DNA of 64,000 nt from Eledone cirrhosa. Lineage: Eukaryota. This document shows positions 1 to 15,900 of this stretch, piece after piece. Location: assembly GCA_964016885.1 (NCBI GenBank), contig OZ024741.1, positions 378,572,001 through 378,636,000 of the forward strand. The letters run 5' to 3'. The notes beneath the pieces are model-generated. The model worked only from the letters and a program-made list of their open reading frames with translations, was not told the origin of the DNA and did no database searches. The position numbers were made by a program, and so were the translations under genes. Position 1 is the first letter of the stretch. Every line of letters begins with the position of its first letter.

Positions 1-7
1 ATATATG

Positions 8-57
<50 letters not shown>

Positions 58-345
58 CAAATAACGAAACGAAATTAAATTTCGTTTCGTTTGTAACTCA
101 CTTTTGTATGGCTGACGCTTAAACAATTAAGTTAAAAACGTACATCCACATATGTATACTGAAATACTAGTATGCATATGAATACACACACGCATACATA
201 TGTAGATGTACCGAGTTTTTCACTGGTCACTTTACTGTGAGTGTCCAGCTATTCTGTATGTAAACACACAGACAAACCGGTTTTTAGAGTCATACTGGTT
301 TTTGAGGAAACACCTTTCCTCTATTCTCCAGAAAGCCAAACAAGG

Positions 346-390
346 AATATTGAACTAGTTTCGTTGTTGTTACAACTCATCAGCAATATT
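346..390 (-). ncRNA. Minimal type I hammerhead ribozyme (family A, unit 1)
   Basis: The minus strand reads aatattg CTGATGA gttg-taacaa-caac GAAAC TA GTT caatatt: full core, 7-bp helix I, 4-bp helix II and palindromic ACTAGT helix III. Confidence 0.85.
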
Positions 391-810
391 TACTTATCTT
401 CCGCCTTTCTAGAGAATCGTAAAAGCACATATCGTTATATGCTTTTTCTATGAAAATTAGTAGTGGGCAGACTAATTTGCATAGAGCGTGAGTACGTACC
501 GGTTCAACGGAGACGATAAAAACAAATAACGAAACGAAATTAAATTTCGTTTCGTTTGTAACTCACTTTTGTATGACTGACGCTTAAACAATTAAGTTAA
601 AAATGTACATCCACATATGTATACTGAAATACTAGTATGCATATGAATACACACACGTATACATATGTAGATTTACCGAGTTTTTCACTGGTCACTTTAC
701 TGTGAGTGTCCAGCTATTCTGTATGTAAACACACAGACAAACCGGTTTTTAGAGTCATACTGGTTTTTGAGGAAACACCTTTCCTCTATTCTACAGAAAG
801 CCAAACAAGG

Positions 811-855
811 ATTATTGAACTAGTTTCGTTGTTGTTACAACTCATCAGCAATATT
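811..855 (-). ncRNA. Hammerhead ribozyme (family A, unit 2)
   Basis: Same motif as 346-390 with one distal helix I mismatch. Confidence 0.8.
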
Positions 856-1276
856 TACCTATCTTCCGGCCTTTCTAGAGAATCGTAAAAGCACATATCG
901 TTATATGCTTTTTCTATGAAAATTAGTAGTGGGCAGACTAATTTGCATAGAGCGTGAGTACGTACCGGTTCAACGGAGACGATAAAAACAAATAACGAAA
1001 CGAAATTAAATTTCGTTTCGTTTGTAACTCACTTTTGTATGACTGACGCTTAAACAATTAAGTTAAAAATGTACATCCATATATGTATACTGAAATACTA
1101 GTATGCATATGAATACACACACGTATACATATGTAGATGTACCGAGTTTTTCACTGGTCAATTTACTGTGAGTGTCCAGCTATTCTGTATGTAAACACAC
1201 AGACAAACCGGTTTTTAGAGTCATACTGGTTTTTGAGGAAACACCTTTCCTCTATTCTCCAGAAAGCCAAACAAGG

Positions 1277-1321
1277 AATATTGAACTACTTTCGTTGTTG
1301 TTACAACTCATCAGCAATATT
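1277..1321 (-). ncRNA. Hammerhead ribozyme (family A, unit 3; helix III substitution)
   Basis: Same motif, but GAAAGTAGTT replaces GAAACTAGTT. Confidence 0.65.
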
Positions 1322-1410
1322 TACCTATCTTCCGGCCTTTCTAGAGAATCGTAAAGCACATATCGATTTTTTATCATATCATATTCTCTAGAAAGGCCAG
1401 AAGATAGGTA

Positions 1411-1455
1411 AATATTGCTGATGAGTTGTAACAACAACGAAACTAGTTCAATATT
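1411..1455 (+). ncRNA. Hammerhead ribozyme (family A, inverted terminal copy)
   Basis: The plus strand reads aatattgCTGATGAgttgtaacaacaacGAAACTAGTTcaatatt. Confidence 0.85.
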
Positions 1456-1680
1456 CCTTGTTTGGCTTTCTGGAGAATAGAGGAAAGGTGTTTCCTCAAA
1501 AACCAGTATGACTCTAAAAACCGGTTTGTCTGTGTGTTTACATATAGAATAGCTGGACACTCACAGTAAAGTGACCAGTGAAAAACTCGGTACATCTACA
1601 TATGTATACGTGTGTGTATTCATATGCATACTAGTATTTCAGTATACATATGTGGATGTACATTTTTAACTTAATTGTTT

Positions 1681-5487
<3,807 letters not shown>

Positions 5488-5687
5488 NNNNNNNNNNNNN
5501 NNNNNNNNNNNNNNNNNNNNNNNNNNNNNNNNNNNNNNNNNNNNNNNNNNNNNNNNNNNNNNNNNNNNNNNNNNNNNNNNNNNNNNNNNNNNNNNNNNNN
5601 NNNNNNNNNNNNNNNNNNNNNNNNNNNNNNNNNNNNNNNNNNNNNNNNNNNNNNNNNNNNNNNNNNNNNNNNNNNNNNNNNNNNNNN
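5488..5687. other. Assembly gap (200 N)
   Basis: Run of N. Confidence 0.99.
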
Positions 5688-6329
5688 GGGTACATGTGTC
5701 CGCGCGGGTTTATGTATGTGTGCGCGTGTTTATATGTATGTGCATGTATATGCATGCATGGTGGTCGTTTTCGCGTATGCACGTGTATGTACGTATATAG
5801 ATGCGTGTATGTATATATTTAATTATTATTATTTTTATGATTTTAGTAACCTCAGTCATTTTCGTTCTACCAATTTATCTACATCATTCTTAACTCTGAA
5901 GCCGAGAATCATTCGGTTTCCTAAATAGGATATTAGTCTACGACTCCATTTATACCATAAACGTGGTTTTGTCTTTTTATTCATTTTAGCTCATTACTTT
6001 CTTTATTCTACTTCATTGGTTTCCGTATATCAATATGATAAATTCTGTATCATATATAGTAATTGTACAGCTTCTATATAGTTCAGTAAAATTCAATCAT
6101 AAACCAAAAATAATACAATGAGATGTAGTTCTAAGGTGAATGATATGTTATTAAGCACGCATTAATATACAAGAAACTAAAAAAATATGATACAGCATAT
6201 TCAATACTTACTATTTCACCCGTCTTATTAAAACCCATACATTTAAAAACCAAGTGTTAAATAATAAATATGTGGGTAAAAAAAACAACATTCAACCACA
6301 TGATATATTTTAAGTGAATAACAAAATGT

Positions 6330-6433
6330 TGGACGATGGAGACGGTTACATCAGACTCGAGCAGCTGGAAGGAGCGTTTGAGGGCTATGCTCCCATGACT
6401 CAGGAAGTTGGGAAGAAGAAGAAGAAGAAGAAG
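6330..6433 (+). mobile_element. Possible LINE (RTE-like) extreme 3' end with (GAA)n tail
   Basis: A short GC-richer patch ending in gaagaagaagaagaagaagaag. Confidence 0.35.
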
Positions 6434-6444
6434 GTAAAACGTGA

Positions 6445-6685
6445 ACCGTTAAGATCACATTCCTGGATATGTCAATATTTATAAAACAAACTTTGTATTT
6501 TATCTGATGCCAGCGTACCATGTTTTGGTAGCCTTGAAATATATATATTAGAATAAATATAGTTTTATAAATATAGTTTTCATTTATTAATATCATTGAT
6601 ATAATACTCCAAAAAACATGTCGAGTGCCTTGAATCAGTTATAAATATATATATTTGTTGAATTACCAACAAATCAAAAATCCCT

Positions 6686-6690
<5 letters not shown>
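6445..6690 (+). mobile_element. PLE pLTR remnant with degenerate HHR
   Basis: Reads tattttat CTGATGC cagcgtacca..tggtagcctt GAAA tatatatat TA gaataaa. The downstream actcc..tgtcgagtgc..atcagttataaata matches the pLTR piece at 45810-45937. Confidence 0.7.
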
Positions 6691-6721
<31 letters not shown>

Positions 6722-7026
6722 TTAGAGTTATAAACTCAAACAGTCTTTTACAATTAATTAGCTCAAAGAAAGAAGCATGTCTGAGCCGTGAAATACAAGT
6801 TAATATAAATTAATATATGATAAACACCAATATGAACATATAAGCGTTTGCAGTGTAAACGACCAGGTTAGCTAGATGGAAAAATACTAATTAGATTAAT
6901 ACAGTTTGCCTGTCTCGATTTAAAATAATAAATCAATAAAAACAAACCCATATTGGCAATAGCCGTGATACCTGGACAGATTTAAATTTCAAAATCGAAA
7001 CCTGTTCCGCAGACAAATTTAAATTT

Positions 7027-7067
<41 letters not shown>

Positions 7068-7704
7068 TTACAAATTTTAGTACGGCATTAACGAAGCTTT
7101 AGGTTGCGTCCAAGCTACCGAATGAAAATTCGGAATATAGATTTAGCACTCTATAGAGAAAAATAGCCCAGAGTAATAACAATACGTTTAGACAGCTTTG
7201 CAAATCAAATATAGCGACCAGCAGTCCAGCCGCATTGCCATAGCAACGAAAATGGTTGGACTCAGGAAAAGATGTTAGACTGACCTGGACATAACGCGGA
7301 GAGCGAATGCAACATATAATGCACATCGTATAGCATTAGATATACATCACATACAGCACACAACAACATCCAATCTAGGTTTCTGTAAATCCAAGATGGA
7401 CTAATTCCGCTTGCAGAGTCTGCAAGTTAATGGTCGTTGACGACAGAACAAAGGTTTTACTTCTTCAACAAGTCTTGTGTTCTTTAGCCTCTGCGGGTGT
7501 GTTCTAGCGGTATATTTCGCTATAGACACGTGGTTTTGGCGGTGAATTCGAAATTTGAGACAAAGGAATGAAACTCCCTTAGACAAACCGAATTAAGCAC
7601 TCAACCAGAAGTTATCAAACAAACATAAACTAGTAATCAATCAATAGAATTGTCTAATTAAATAAATCAGTTAATCGTTAATTCTATGAGATAAAATTAA
7701 AATG

Positions 7705-7800
7705 TTAGTACAGCATTAACGAAGCTTTAGGTTGCGGCCAAGCTAACGAATGCATTCGTTAGCTTGGCCGCAACCTAAAGCTTCGTTAATGCTGTACTAA
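7705..7800. repeat. Perfect 96-bp palindrome at the 5' edge of a PLE
   Basis: ttagtacagcattaacgaagc...gaatgcattc...gcttcgttaatgctgtactaa. The arm also occurs at ~7077-7124. Confidence 0.9.
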
Positions 7801-7809
7801 AATTTCGAT

Positions 7810-10652
7810 AATGGACGCGCCAGTCACTCGTCTGAATCATATGGTTTTAAATCATGTAAAAACCCACCCACAAACCCTCATCTCGATGCTTTCGAACAAG
7901 ATTTAATGAAAACAACCATGAACATTAAGTTCACCAAACATAGAAATAATGAGCTGCAGCGCAACATGAAAGCACTACTCCGAAGATTGCAAAATACCAA
8001 TGGAATTGTTGTGAAAGCTGACAAGACCTCTAACGTGTATATCATGGATATCGATACGTACAATAACTTCATACGCAACGAACTACACAAAAAATATAGA
8101 AAAACAAAAGAAACTAGGCTAGCAAATATTAACAACGAGGCATATAAAGTGGTGAAGAATCTCAAGAAAGACGATAGAACCGAGCCGATTATACCCGCTA
8201 CCCCACCTTCAACCTGAAGGACCATAAGGTAAATTTTGACTCTAACCCTAAGATTAGACTTATATGCCCTTCTAAATCAGACATAGGACAAATTAGCAAA
8301 CATATACTTGACAGAGTAATAACTCAAGTGAAAAAGAAAATTGAAATTAAATTATGGGGCAATACTAGCGAAGCATTTCGCTGGTTTAATAACGTTAAGC
8401 ATAAGAATAAATCTAAGTTTATACAATTTTACATAGACGAATACTACTCTTGCATCTCACCAAGCACTTTACGTAAGGCCCTATCGTTTGCTAAGGTCAA
8501 TTCCGACCTAACGGAGGACGAAATTAATATTATTCTCGAGGCTAGAAAAACCATTATTAAGTTTGATAACTGCTACTGGGAACGTAAGGACAGACCCACA
8601 CATTTCGACATTACCATGGGTTCCAACGACTCCGCGGAGGTCACGGATCTCGTGGGAATTTACATAGCCCACATATTACATAGTAAATTTAGTAATCTAC
8701 AGGTGGGGATATACAGAGATGACGGGCTCTTATTAGTAAATAACTTGAATAACCAAAATCTTGAAAGGCTACGGAAAAATATTAGAAAATCTTTTAGTGA
8801 ACTGTGTCTAAAAATAACATACGAATACAATCTTAAAGTAGTAAACTTTCTGGACGTAAATCTTAATTTAAATACCGGACAGATACGACCGGACAGTTAC
8901 GACCCTTCCACAATGAGAACCTTACGTATATTAACTTTAACTCAAACCACCCACTCTCCATGATCAAATCAGTTCCCTGGAGTATTTCTCTTAGAATCTC
9001 TCGCCTATCGTCTAACTCTGATATGTTTAGTGAACACGCTGAATACTACAATAATGTATTAAGGAAGGCCGACCACTGGGATACAATAGAATACATTGAT
9101 AGGAATTTCCATAACACACATAGCTCTACACGAAATCAAGGAATACGTAACCGGGGGACTAAAATACAAGCGCACACACACAGTACTACCAGACATACTA
9201 ATAATAGAAAATCACCACCAAATAAATCACGTTGTAGAAAGTATATCTGGTACAATCCTATATTTAATGCCTCGATTAGTACAAAAATATCTCTTTCATT
9301 CTTTAAGTTAATCAACAAACATTTCCCTAGTTCCCATAAATACAGCAAAATTCTGAACTCTAAAACTTTTAGACTATCATACTCCACGGCACCAAACCTT
9401 GAAGCATACATAAAAAAATTAACTTAAGGCAATTAAACAACTCTACAAAACAATACATTTTAGTAACAGATGGGCAGAACGTAATATATGCCTCCCAACC
9501 ACTAAATGGGAGACGGGTATTACACAATCCACCTGTACCGCTATCACAATCTATCCATGGTATACCCGCTACCCACAACAAAGAATGTAACTGCCATCTA
9601 CCTGAAAGATGTCCATTGAAGAATGAATATCTAAAGTCCAACATTGTTTACCAATGCACGGTTGAATCGAACGACCAGAAATGGTATTATATCGGATCTA
9701 CCACCACCTCGTTTAAATCTCGCTGGTACCGTCATCGATTCTCGATCAAACATCCTAATCACCGTTTTGTGACCACGCTCGCCAACAAGACCTGGCAGCT
9801 CCGTGAACGCAACCAACAGTTCACCTTAAAAGGGATATACTTTCCAGCGCAAGTGCATATCGGAGTGGATTGAAGTACTGCAGGTTATGTAACCTTGAAC
9901 TCTTTTACATATTAAAATCCAAAAACAAACTACTTAACGATAGAATTGAACGATCATTATACTGCAACCACAAACTAAAAGCTAAATTCTCTCACTATAA
10001 AATAACTTAACATTCGAACCCGTAACTATAACATCGCTTTCTAGCTAACCACCTTCTCTTCCCCCACACTACAAGACAATACACTGCTTATCACTATGAA
10101 TGGTAACTCAGTGCAATTCAAAGATTACTACTACAAACCCAAAGTTCGCTCACCACATAAACTTCGTCTGTCCCCTCTCTACCTCTCTCTCTACATCCAT
10201 TACACTCTCTCTCTCTCTCGCCTTTGGCCTACCTCCCTCTCCACATCTATGTACCTGCCCTATGGGGCAATAAATAATTCCGACCTTAACTATCAACGCA
10301 TCTCTCCAAAAGTAACCAGTATAATAAAACCCCTACCATAACATTTTGATTAAGATATCTACAAACCACTCTCTCCTACTTCTCCAACCCCTGCATATCT
10401 CTCTCTCCCTCTCCCCTACTTTTCTCTCTTCCTTTTCTACTCTATCTTCCACAATAACCCCACTTAAGGGTATTTACATTGTACATTTTACCATTCTGCT
10501 CTGAGGATACAGTGGTCACAGCATTCGATATTTGAGTTCTGCAAATACTTGTAAATTTGCACATAGCATAACTAGGCTGTAGTACCACCATGGAAACATT
10601 TGTAAGCACACGGATTAAATTACATTTTTATGATGTCTACCTGTTATTATTC

Positions 10653-10655
<3 letters not shown>
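7810..10655 (+). mobile_element. Penelope-like retroelement (C-terminal GIY-YIG, Nematis-like), frameshifted
   Basis: ORFs 7906, 8328, 8960 and 9616 give RT motifs (FDITMGSNDSAEVTDLVG, GIYRDDGL, VNFLDVNLNL) and a GIY-YIG (IVYQC..YIGST..FKSRW..H). The 3' pLTR carries an HHR and ends at (TA)n. Confidence 0.92.
10497..10608 (+). ncRNA. Type I HHR in PLE pLTR with long helix II insertion
   Basis: tgct CTGAGGA [~85 nt] GAAAC attt GTA agca. Confidence 0.7.
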
Positions 10656-10700
<45 letters not shown>

Positions 10701-10705
<5 letters not shown>

Positions 10706-12385
10706 GTGGAACACTGGAAGGTAATATCCGTCTCGGTAGAGCACTCAGTCCAAAGGACGAGTTAGGTAAAAGTGGTTACACAACAATTAGTTCACCAAAC
10801 CAAGAACAATTGTTTCACATTCGCGGATCTTCAGCTCGGGATGTGTATGGTTATAGGAAAAGGAAGGACAACCGTACGCTCGCGCATGTGCAAAAACTCG
10901 GTCGCTTCACACAGGCAATACTAGACTGCATGCGGGGGTTGTAAGGGAGATAACTGCGAAAGTCCGGAAAGATTTTTGGTTGAAAATAAAATTAAAAAAT
11001 TAAAAATGAAATTACAAAGAATCAGTCTGGAGCCTTGTAGTTATGCAATAGGTGTTTGGTGACATGTGGACAACGTGTGAAAAATTCACTCTCGTGTTTA
11101 GGCAATCACTATTGCGTAATATCTTTAGGATAGTTATTCGTTCGTCAATACATAAGCAACATGTCGGATTTACCCTTGCGTATGGCTTGGACTTAGTGAT
11201 GGCTTTCCATTGAATGGAGTACCCTATACTTGAGTCCTTGAGGGACCATAAGTGGCTCGCGAGTTTCGTGGATGAACGTCTGTCCGGGTATCTGAAGGTA
11301 GACTGGTGGTTCAGGAAATGCTCCTTGAATCTGCCCTCCGCCATGCCCACATAGGATTTGACCTGCTGTGGTTTGTTTGGACGGTTGGAAGTGACCACAC
11401 CTTCATAGAATACAGCTGGTGTGTTGTATTGTTGTTGAAGGGGGCAATCTTCAGGCTTACGGCAAGAGCACCCTGGTGGGGTGTTGCTCCTAGGGCTGCT
11501 GGTGATGTGGGCCTTCATGTTCGTAGCGCAGGAGTATCCTAGTTTAACTTTGTGTCGGTTAAAGATGGAGCGGTATTTATGACCTATGGAGAAGTGTCTA
11601 ACTAAGAGGGCTAGACATTTTTCCTACATTGGTTTTAACGTTCAGTGAGACGGGAGGAGAGAAACAGATGGTTTGTCTATTGATGCGCTTACTTTTCTTA
11701 ATGGTGTTGTTGCTAGTGGGAGAGTAGGTGATAGGTTGTGAGAAGCCGCTGTTAGCCATCGCCGCGTTATAGTAGGGTGCCGCCCTGTCAAAGATAGCCT
11801 TATTAGAGGAGAGGTTTGAGATTCTAGTACTGATATTCTTACCGAAGTTTCTAAAAACAGTGGGAGGGTGGCATGAGTCCTTTTGAATGTGATTAAGTTT
11901 CTCGTTTAGCTTATGGAAGGGTCTGTGTCTGTGTGTGCGAAGGTCTAAATTAATGTCTAAGAAATTTAGGCTAGAGAGGTTGGTGGCTACTGTTATCCTA
12001 AGGCCTAACTCATTGAAGGTAGAAGCTAAGTCTTTTTTAAACCGGTCGAGGTCGTGACCACTTTTATGGCTCGATAAAGTCAATCCATCGTCACGGTATA
12101 TTCCCGTGTGGGAGTCCAGGAATCTAACACGTAATATGTCTGAGATAAAAAGGCCAACCAAGTCACATACGTCAGCACTGTCAAACGATCCCATGGAGAC
12201 GTCGAACAGGTCTGAAGATGTAGACCTCTTTGCCCAGGCTAGTGCGTCGTTGAAGAGGAGGGTTTTCCGGCGGTGAGCGAGGATTTCCCTGTCTAAACCA
12301 TCGACAGTGGTATAAGTGGTAGCGAAGTCCAACGCTTTGTTTAACAGGGTCTCAGAGATCGACGGGTAAAAATCGACAATGTTGG
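10701..12385 (-). mobile_element. 5'-truncated Penelope-like element (Nematis-like)
   Basis: ORF 11598-12332 has FDVSMGSFDSADVCDLVG and GIYRDDGL. ORF 11012-11518 has CSCRKPEDCPL and YVGMAEGRFKEH..NH (GIY-YIG). The 3' end abuts (TA)n at 10700. Confidence 0.92.
10800..10839 (-). ncRNA. Minimal HHR in PLE pLTR
   Basis: The minus strand reads ccgag CTGAAGA tccgcgaatgt GAAAC aatt GTT cttgg. Helix II is weak. Confidence 0.65.
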
Positions 12386-13029
12386 GTGTGTGTGGGGATT
12401 TGGCTGTTTCACATACATTTTGGCGTATATGTGGTGAGGCGAGAGTGCTGGGTGTGGATGTCGAGGTGGTTCGGTGTTAACGGTGCTGTGCAAATAAATG
12501 GGTGGGGTTTCTGTTGGTTAGAAGTTTGTCAAAGCGGAACAAAGGTAGGAAAATAAAAATAAATGAAACCCAGGTTAAGTATGACACTTTGGGGATTGGG
12601 ATTCTAACGGTTTTTTGTGCCGTGCTTAGCATGTAAATCATCTATATTCTCAAAAGCTTTTGTTTTACAACAAAAAAGTGATTTTGTCCAGTGTGTGAAG
12701 TGAATATAAATAAATAGATGAATGATTAAAAGAGATGGTTGCTACACTAACGCTATGGCCTAACTTATACACAAACACACACACACACAGTATACGTAAC
12801 CATAGATATGTGGTTGTAAAATGATTCGGTTGGATATGTAGAAGGGTGAATATATTAAAGTTAACCTCAGCGAGATTTGAACGTAAATAAATATAATAAT
12901 AACGATGATAAAATTGGTGGTACAAATGAAAGTAATCTAAACTTTAATAAAGGAAGGACTGCGGGACTGCGTACGGTATATTTCTTTTAATGCAGTTAGT
13001 AAAATAAGTTGGATTACTTTGAATAAATA

Positions 13030-13225
13030 ATTGTTTCTATTTTAGGCACAAGGCCAGAAATTAGCCAGTATATTACTGGTACTTTATTTTATCGACCCCG
13101 TAAGAATGAAAGGCAAAGTTAACCTCGGCGGCATTTGAAGTCAGATCATAAAGGGACGTAACTCTATGCTTCAAGGCATGGTGTCCGACTCTCCACCGAT
13201 ACTGCCAATCCAGGGCCCTTTATTA
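13030..13225 (-). mobile_element. tRNA-derived SINE (Meta-domain-like core)
   Basis: Reverse complement of ccgaggttaactttgcctttcat..ggggtcgataaaataaagtaccag. Homologous to copies at 35140, 36720 and 61800. Confidence 0.8.
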
Positions 13226-13694
13226 CTTTGAATAAATAATGAATGAATATTACATAATTTATGTACTCAAATTCGTAAACAAAAATAATTTCGTAAAAAT
13301 AAATAATTTCAAATTGACTTCTTTTCAAAGTAGCATTTCCAGTATATCGTCGCCACCACCACTACTTCAACTATCATATATATATAGAAAGAGAGAGTGT
13401 TTGATGAGAGAGATAGAGATATTATGATTTTCTACACGCTGACGCGTATGAGTATGCATATACATACGTCTATATGTATCTGTATATAACAATTATGAGT
13501 ATATAAATATAATCGGGCAAACACAAACTTATAAAAGTGCACTCTCACGCACATAGCTCACACAAATACACATACATTCACACATACTTTCACACACACA
13601 TACATACATTTACACCTATACATTTACACAAACACACACATACAGTCACGATACCGTTCAGTGAAGTGGAAATAGGAGGGTAAAACAAGTATAA

Positions 13695-14250
13695 CGTTTT
13701 ATTTATTTGTTAACTCCTTTTTTTTAACTCATTTAATATAATTTGTTACAGAACGAAAACACTAACAAATATATATACAAAGTAAATGGGAATTAAAAAT
13801 AGAAAGAGAAAAAATACACAAGCAGGTAATACACACATCTTAGGCCATAGAACAAAATGCAGACGAAAGAGTGGAAAATGAGCCGCTACCAGAGCAAAAG
13901 ATAGCAATATAGCGAGGAGCACTGGGAAACCTCTCTAATAATTTTTGAGGCAAGCAAGCACGCTCGCAGCGTTACATGGGGTGATGGCGAGGCTGAGGTG
14001 CTGGAACAACCAAGTGCCCTCACGAGCATCACCAGTTACCTCTGTTTGGCGAGCCACCAGTGATGATAAGAACCTCGCTGTCAGTAGCCGAACACCCTCA
14101 AACGTCTTGAACGACACAGACTGGTTAGCTGCCTCTTCACCAGAAGTAGAGAGTAAGACCGTCAAGTCTTTTCCCATCAATTCAGGACAACCCAGACGGT
14201 TCCAAAATTGAGGGGGAATTTGCCCGGGCGAAAATTCTTGAGTGGTAATA
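13695..14250 (-). mobile_element. 3' fragment of a CRE-like (restriction-like endonuclease) non-LTR retrotransposon
   Basis: ORF 13935-14180 ends TGDAREGTWLFQHLSLAITPCNAASVLA, resembling the CRE-clade C-terminal LxQRLSxAxxRGNAASVL motif. An A-rich tail follows. Confidence 0.65.
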
Positions 14251-14439
14251 GGACAGTGTGTGTCTGTGTAAGTGTGAGTTTGTCGGCGTTCTTAAATTAG
14301 AGACTCGTTTTTCTGTGTCACTGTTTTTAAGTTAGAGACATATATGTGTGTATGCCTTTCCTTCCTTTTACACACACATACATTCACACAAACACACATA
14401 CACATTGCGTGATGGACGGGTGGACAGAAGTGTCTCAAA

Positions 14440-15080
14440 TGTATATACATGTGAATAGAGTTCTACTGAATCAGTTAGAGAAGTTCAAGTATCTTGGAGC
14501 TGTATTCACGAATGGTGGAATGCAGGTGGCTGAATTAAGTGCAATAATTGCAAAAGCTGATGCAGAAAAGCGCCAGCCTCACCAATCAGTAGAAGAGGGT
14601 AGGTGTAAAAACCAAATTCGCTGTCTTCCTGGTATTTCTGTCAACCTTTATTGAGGGTCAGGAATCTTGAGTAATGACCAAAATAATACAATTGCAAATA
14701 AAAGTGGCAAAAATGGGATTGCTCCAAATGGTTTTGGAGTAATATTACTCAATAAAGTGCATAACTTAATGACTAGTGTTACTCCTGGTAGAGCCGCTAC
14801 TTCTCCGAATTGAGAATCACAACTCCGATATTATGAGCCTGTGGTTAGAATGTCTCAGTAAAGAATAGCTGGACACATTTTACAGGGAAAACCAACCGGC
14901 AAGACACCAGAGGTAGACCCTGAGCAAGATAGTTAGATAACATACATGGGCTCGGCTGGTCACGCTTTGGGATCCAGTTGGATCTGTTAGAGATGTTTGC
15001 TGCTGACAGTCTCGCTGGAAGGAGTGTTTGAGAAGGACTCTGCCCCCACGACCCTCTCAGAAATAAATGGGTGAAGAAGA
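14440..15080 (+). mobile_element. Degraded RTE-type LINE 3' fragment
   Basis: LEKFKYLGAVFTNGG...I.KA is the RT C-terminal motif, followed by decayed GKxPRGRP-type sequence. Confidence 0.7.
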
Positions 15081-15168
15081 TATTGTCAGTTTACTTTTCA
15101 ATTTACATATATCTATAGGCATATATATTTGCGTATAATACCAATATGCACACTACATATGCTAACCG

Positions 15169-15198
15169 AAAACCGCCCGAGGGCAGTTTTTCTGCTAG
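15169..15198 (+). mobile_element. Helitron-type 3' terminus
   Basis: Hairpin aaaaccgccc-ga-gggcagtttt followed by CTAG|t. Confidence 0.55.
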
Positions 15199-15419
15199 TG
15201 AAACTAATTATGGCAATTAATATGATGCTGGTAGAGTGTGTGGACCTCTGGCATATGCAGTGCGTGTCCGTGTGCGTGAGAGCGGTGGATACATGGTGAT
15301 AGTTTAATAATGAGGGTCATGATAAAGAATATAATATTTACGAGAATAACAATGGCAATCAATGATAGAGTTGATGCGACATGAAAATAATTGTGGTAGT
15401 TAATAGGATGTTGTGTTCT

Positions 15420-15900
15420 TTCGTATTGTTCTCTGTGTCTGGTGTTTAGATTTTGGAATGTCCCTGGCCGAGAATGTATGTTTACTTTTGTGTCAGCAAA
15501 TCCGCCAGGCACAACCTGCAGTGGCTTCCTCTGGTGGAGTGTTGGGCGACAGGTCTCCTTACGTACCATTTTATATGGTTCTTCAGGTTTCTATCCTTGA
15601 CGTCCCTGATAAAATCGGTCAGTCTGGTTTGGCAACGCTTAGTTCTGTTGTTGAAGGAGCTCCTGTTGTTGTACAGTCGCGCCTTAAATGTTATTGAGGT
15701 TTCACTTATATACGGGTATTCATTCTGCCGAGCCATGGCATTGAACTGGGATACAATGTTCGTTCAAGACACTCTCCGCTCAGTGGGCATTACTCTTGTT
15801 TTGGCAGTTGCACTTAGGGGCGATTGTATTATTGGTATGCTGTTGGTCGGTCTGATTTTGGTACGTCTTCGCTTGTTGTTGGGCATTGTTGAGCATCGTG
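15420..15900 (-). pseudogene. PLE GIY-YIG domain remnant
   Basis: The minus strand gives KCNC..., YISETSITFKARLYNN.SSF, IKW and CRLCL. Confidence 0.75.

Larger units (their letters stand above)
53..1680 (-). mobile_element. Family A retrozyme-like tandem repeat: ~2.8 copies of a 465-466 bp unit (53-~1362) plus an inverted partial copy (~1383-1680), between (TA)n tracts
   Basis: The same sequence recurs at 241/706/1172 (period 465, 466). The segment 1383-1680 is the reverse complement of part of the unit. Each unit carries one HHR motif and has no credible coding capacity. Confidence 0.85.

Noticed and set aside
241-1560. Repeated 60-84 aa ORFs in family A, and similar short ORFs in family B
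   Set aside because: They have non-ATG starts, variable ends and frameshifts among copies. Conservation follows RNA structure rather than codons.
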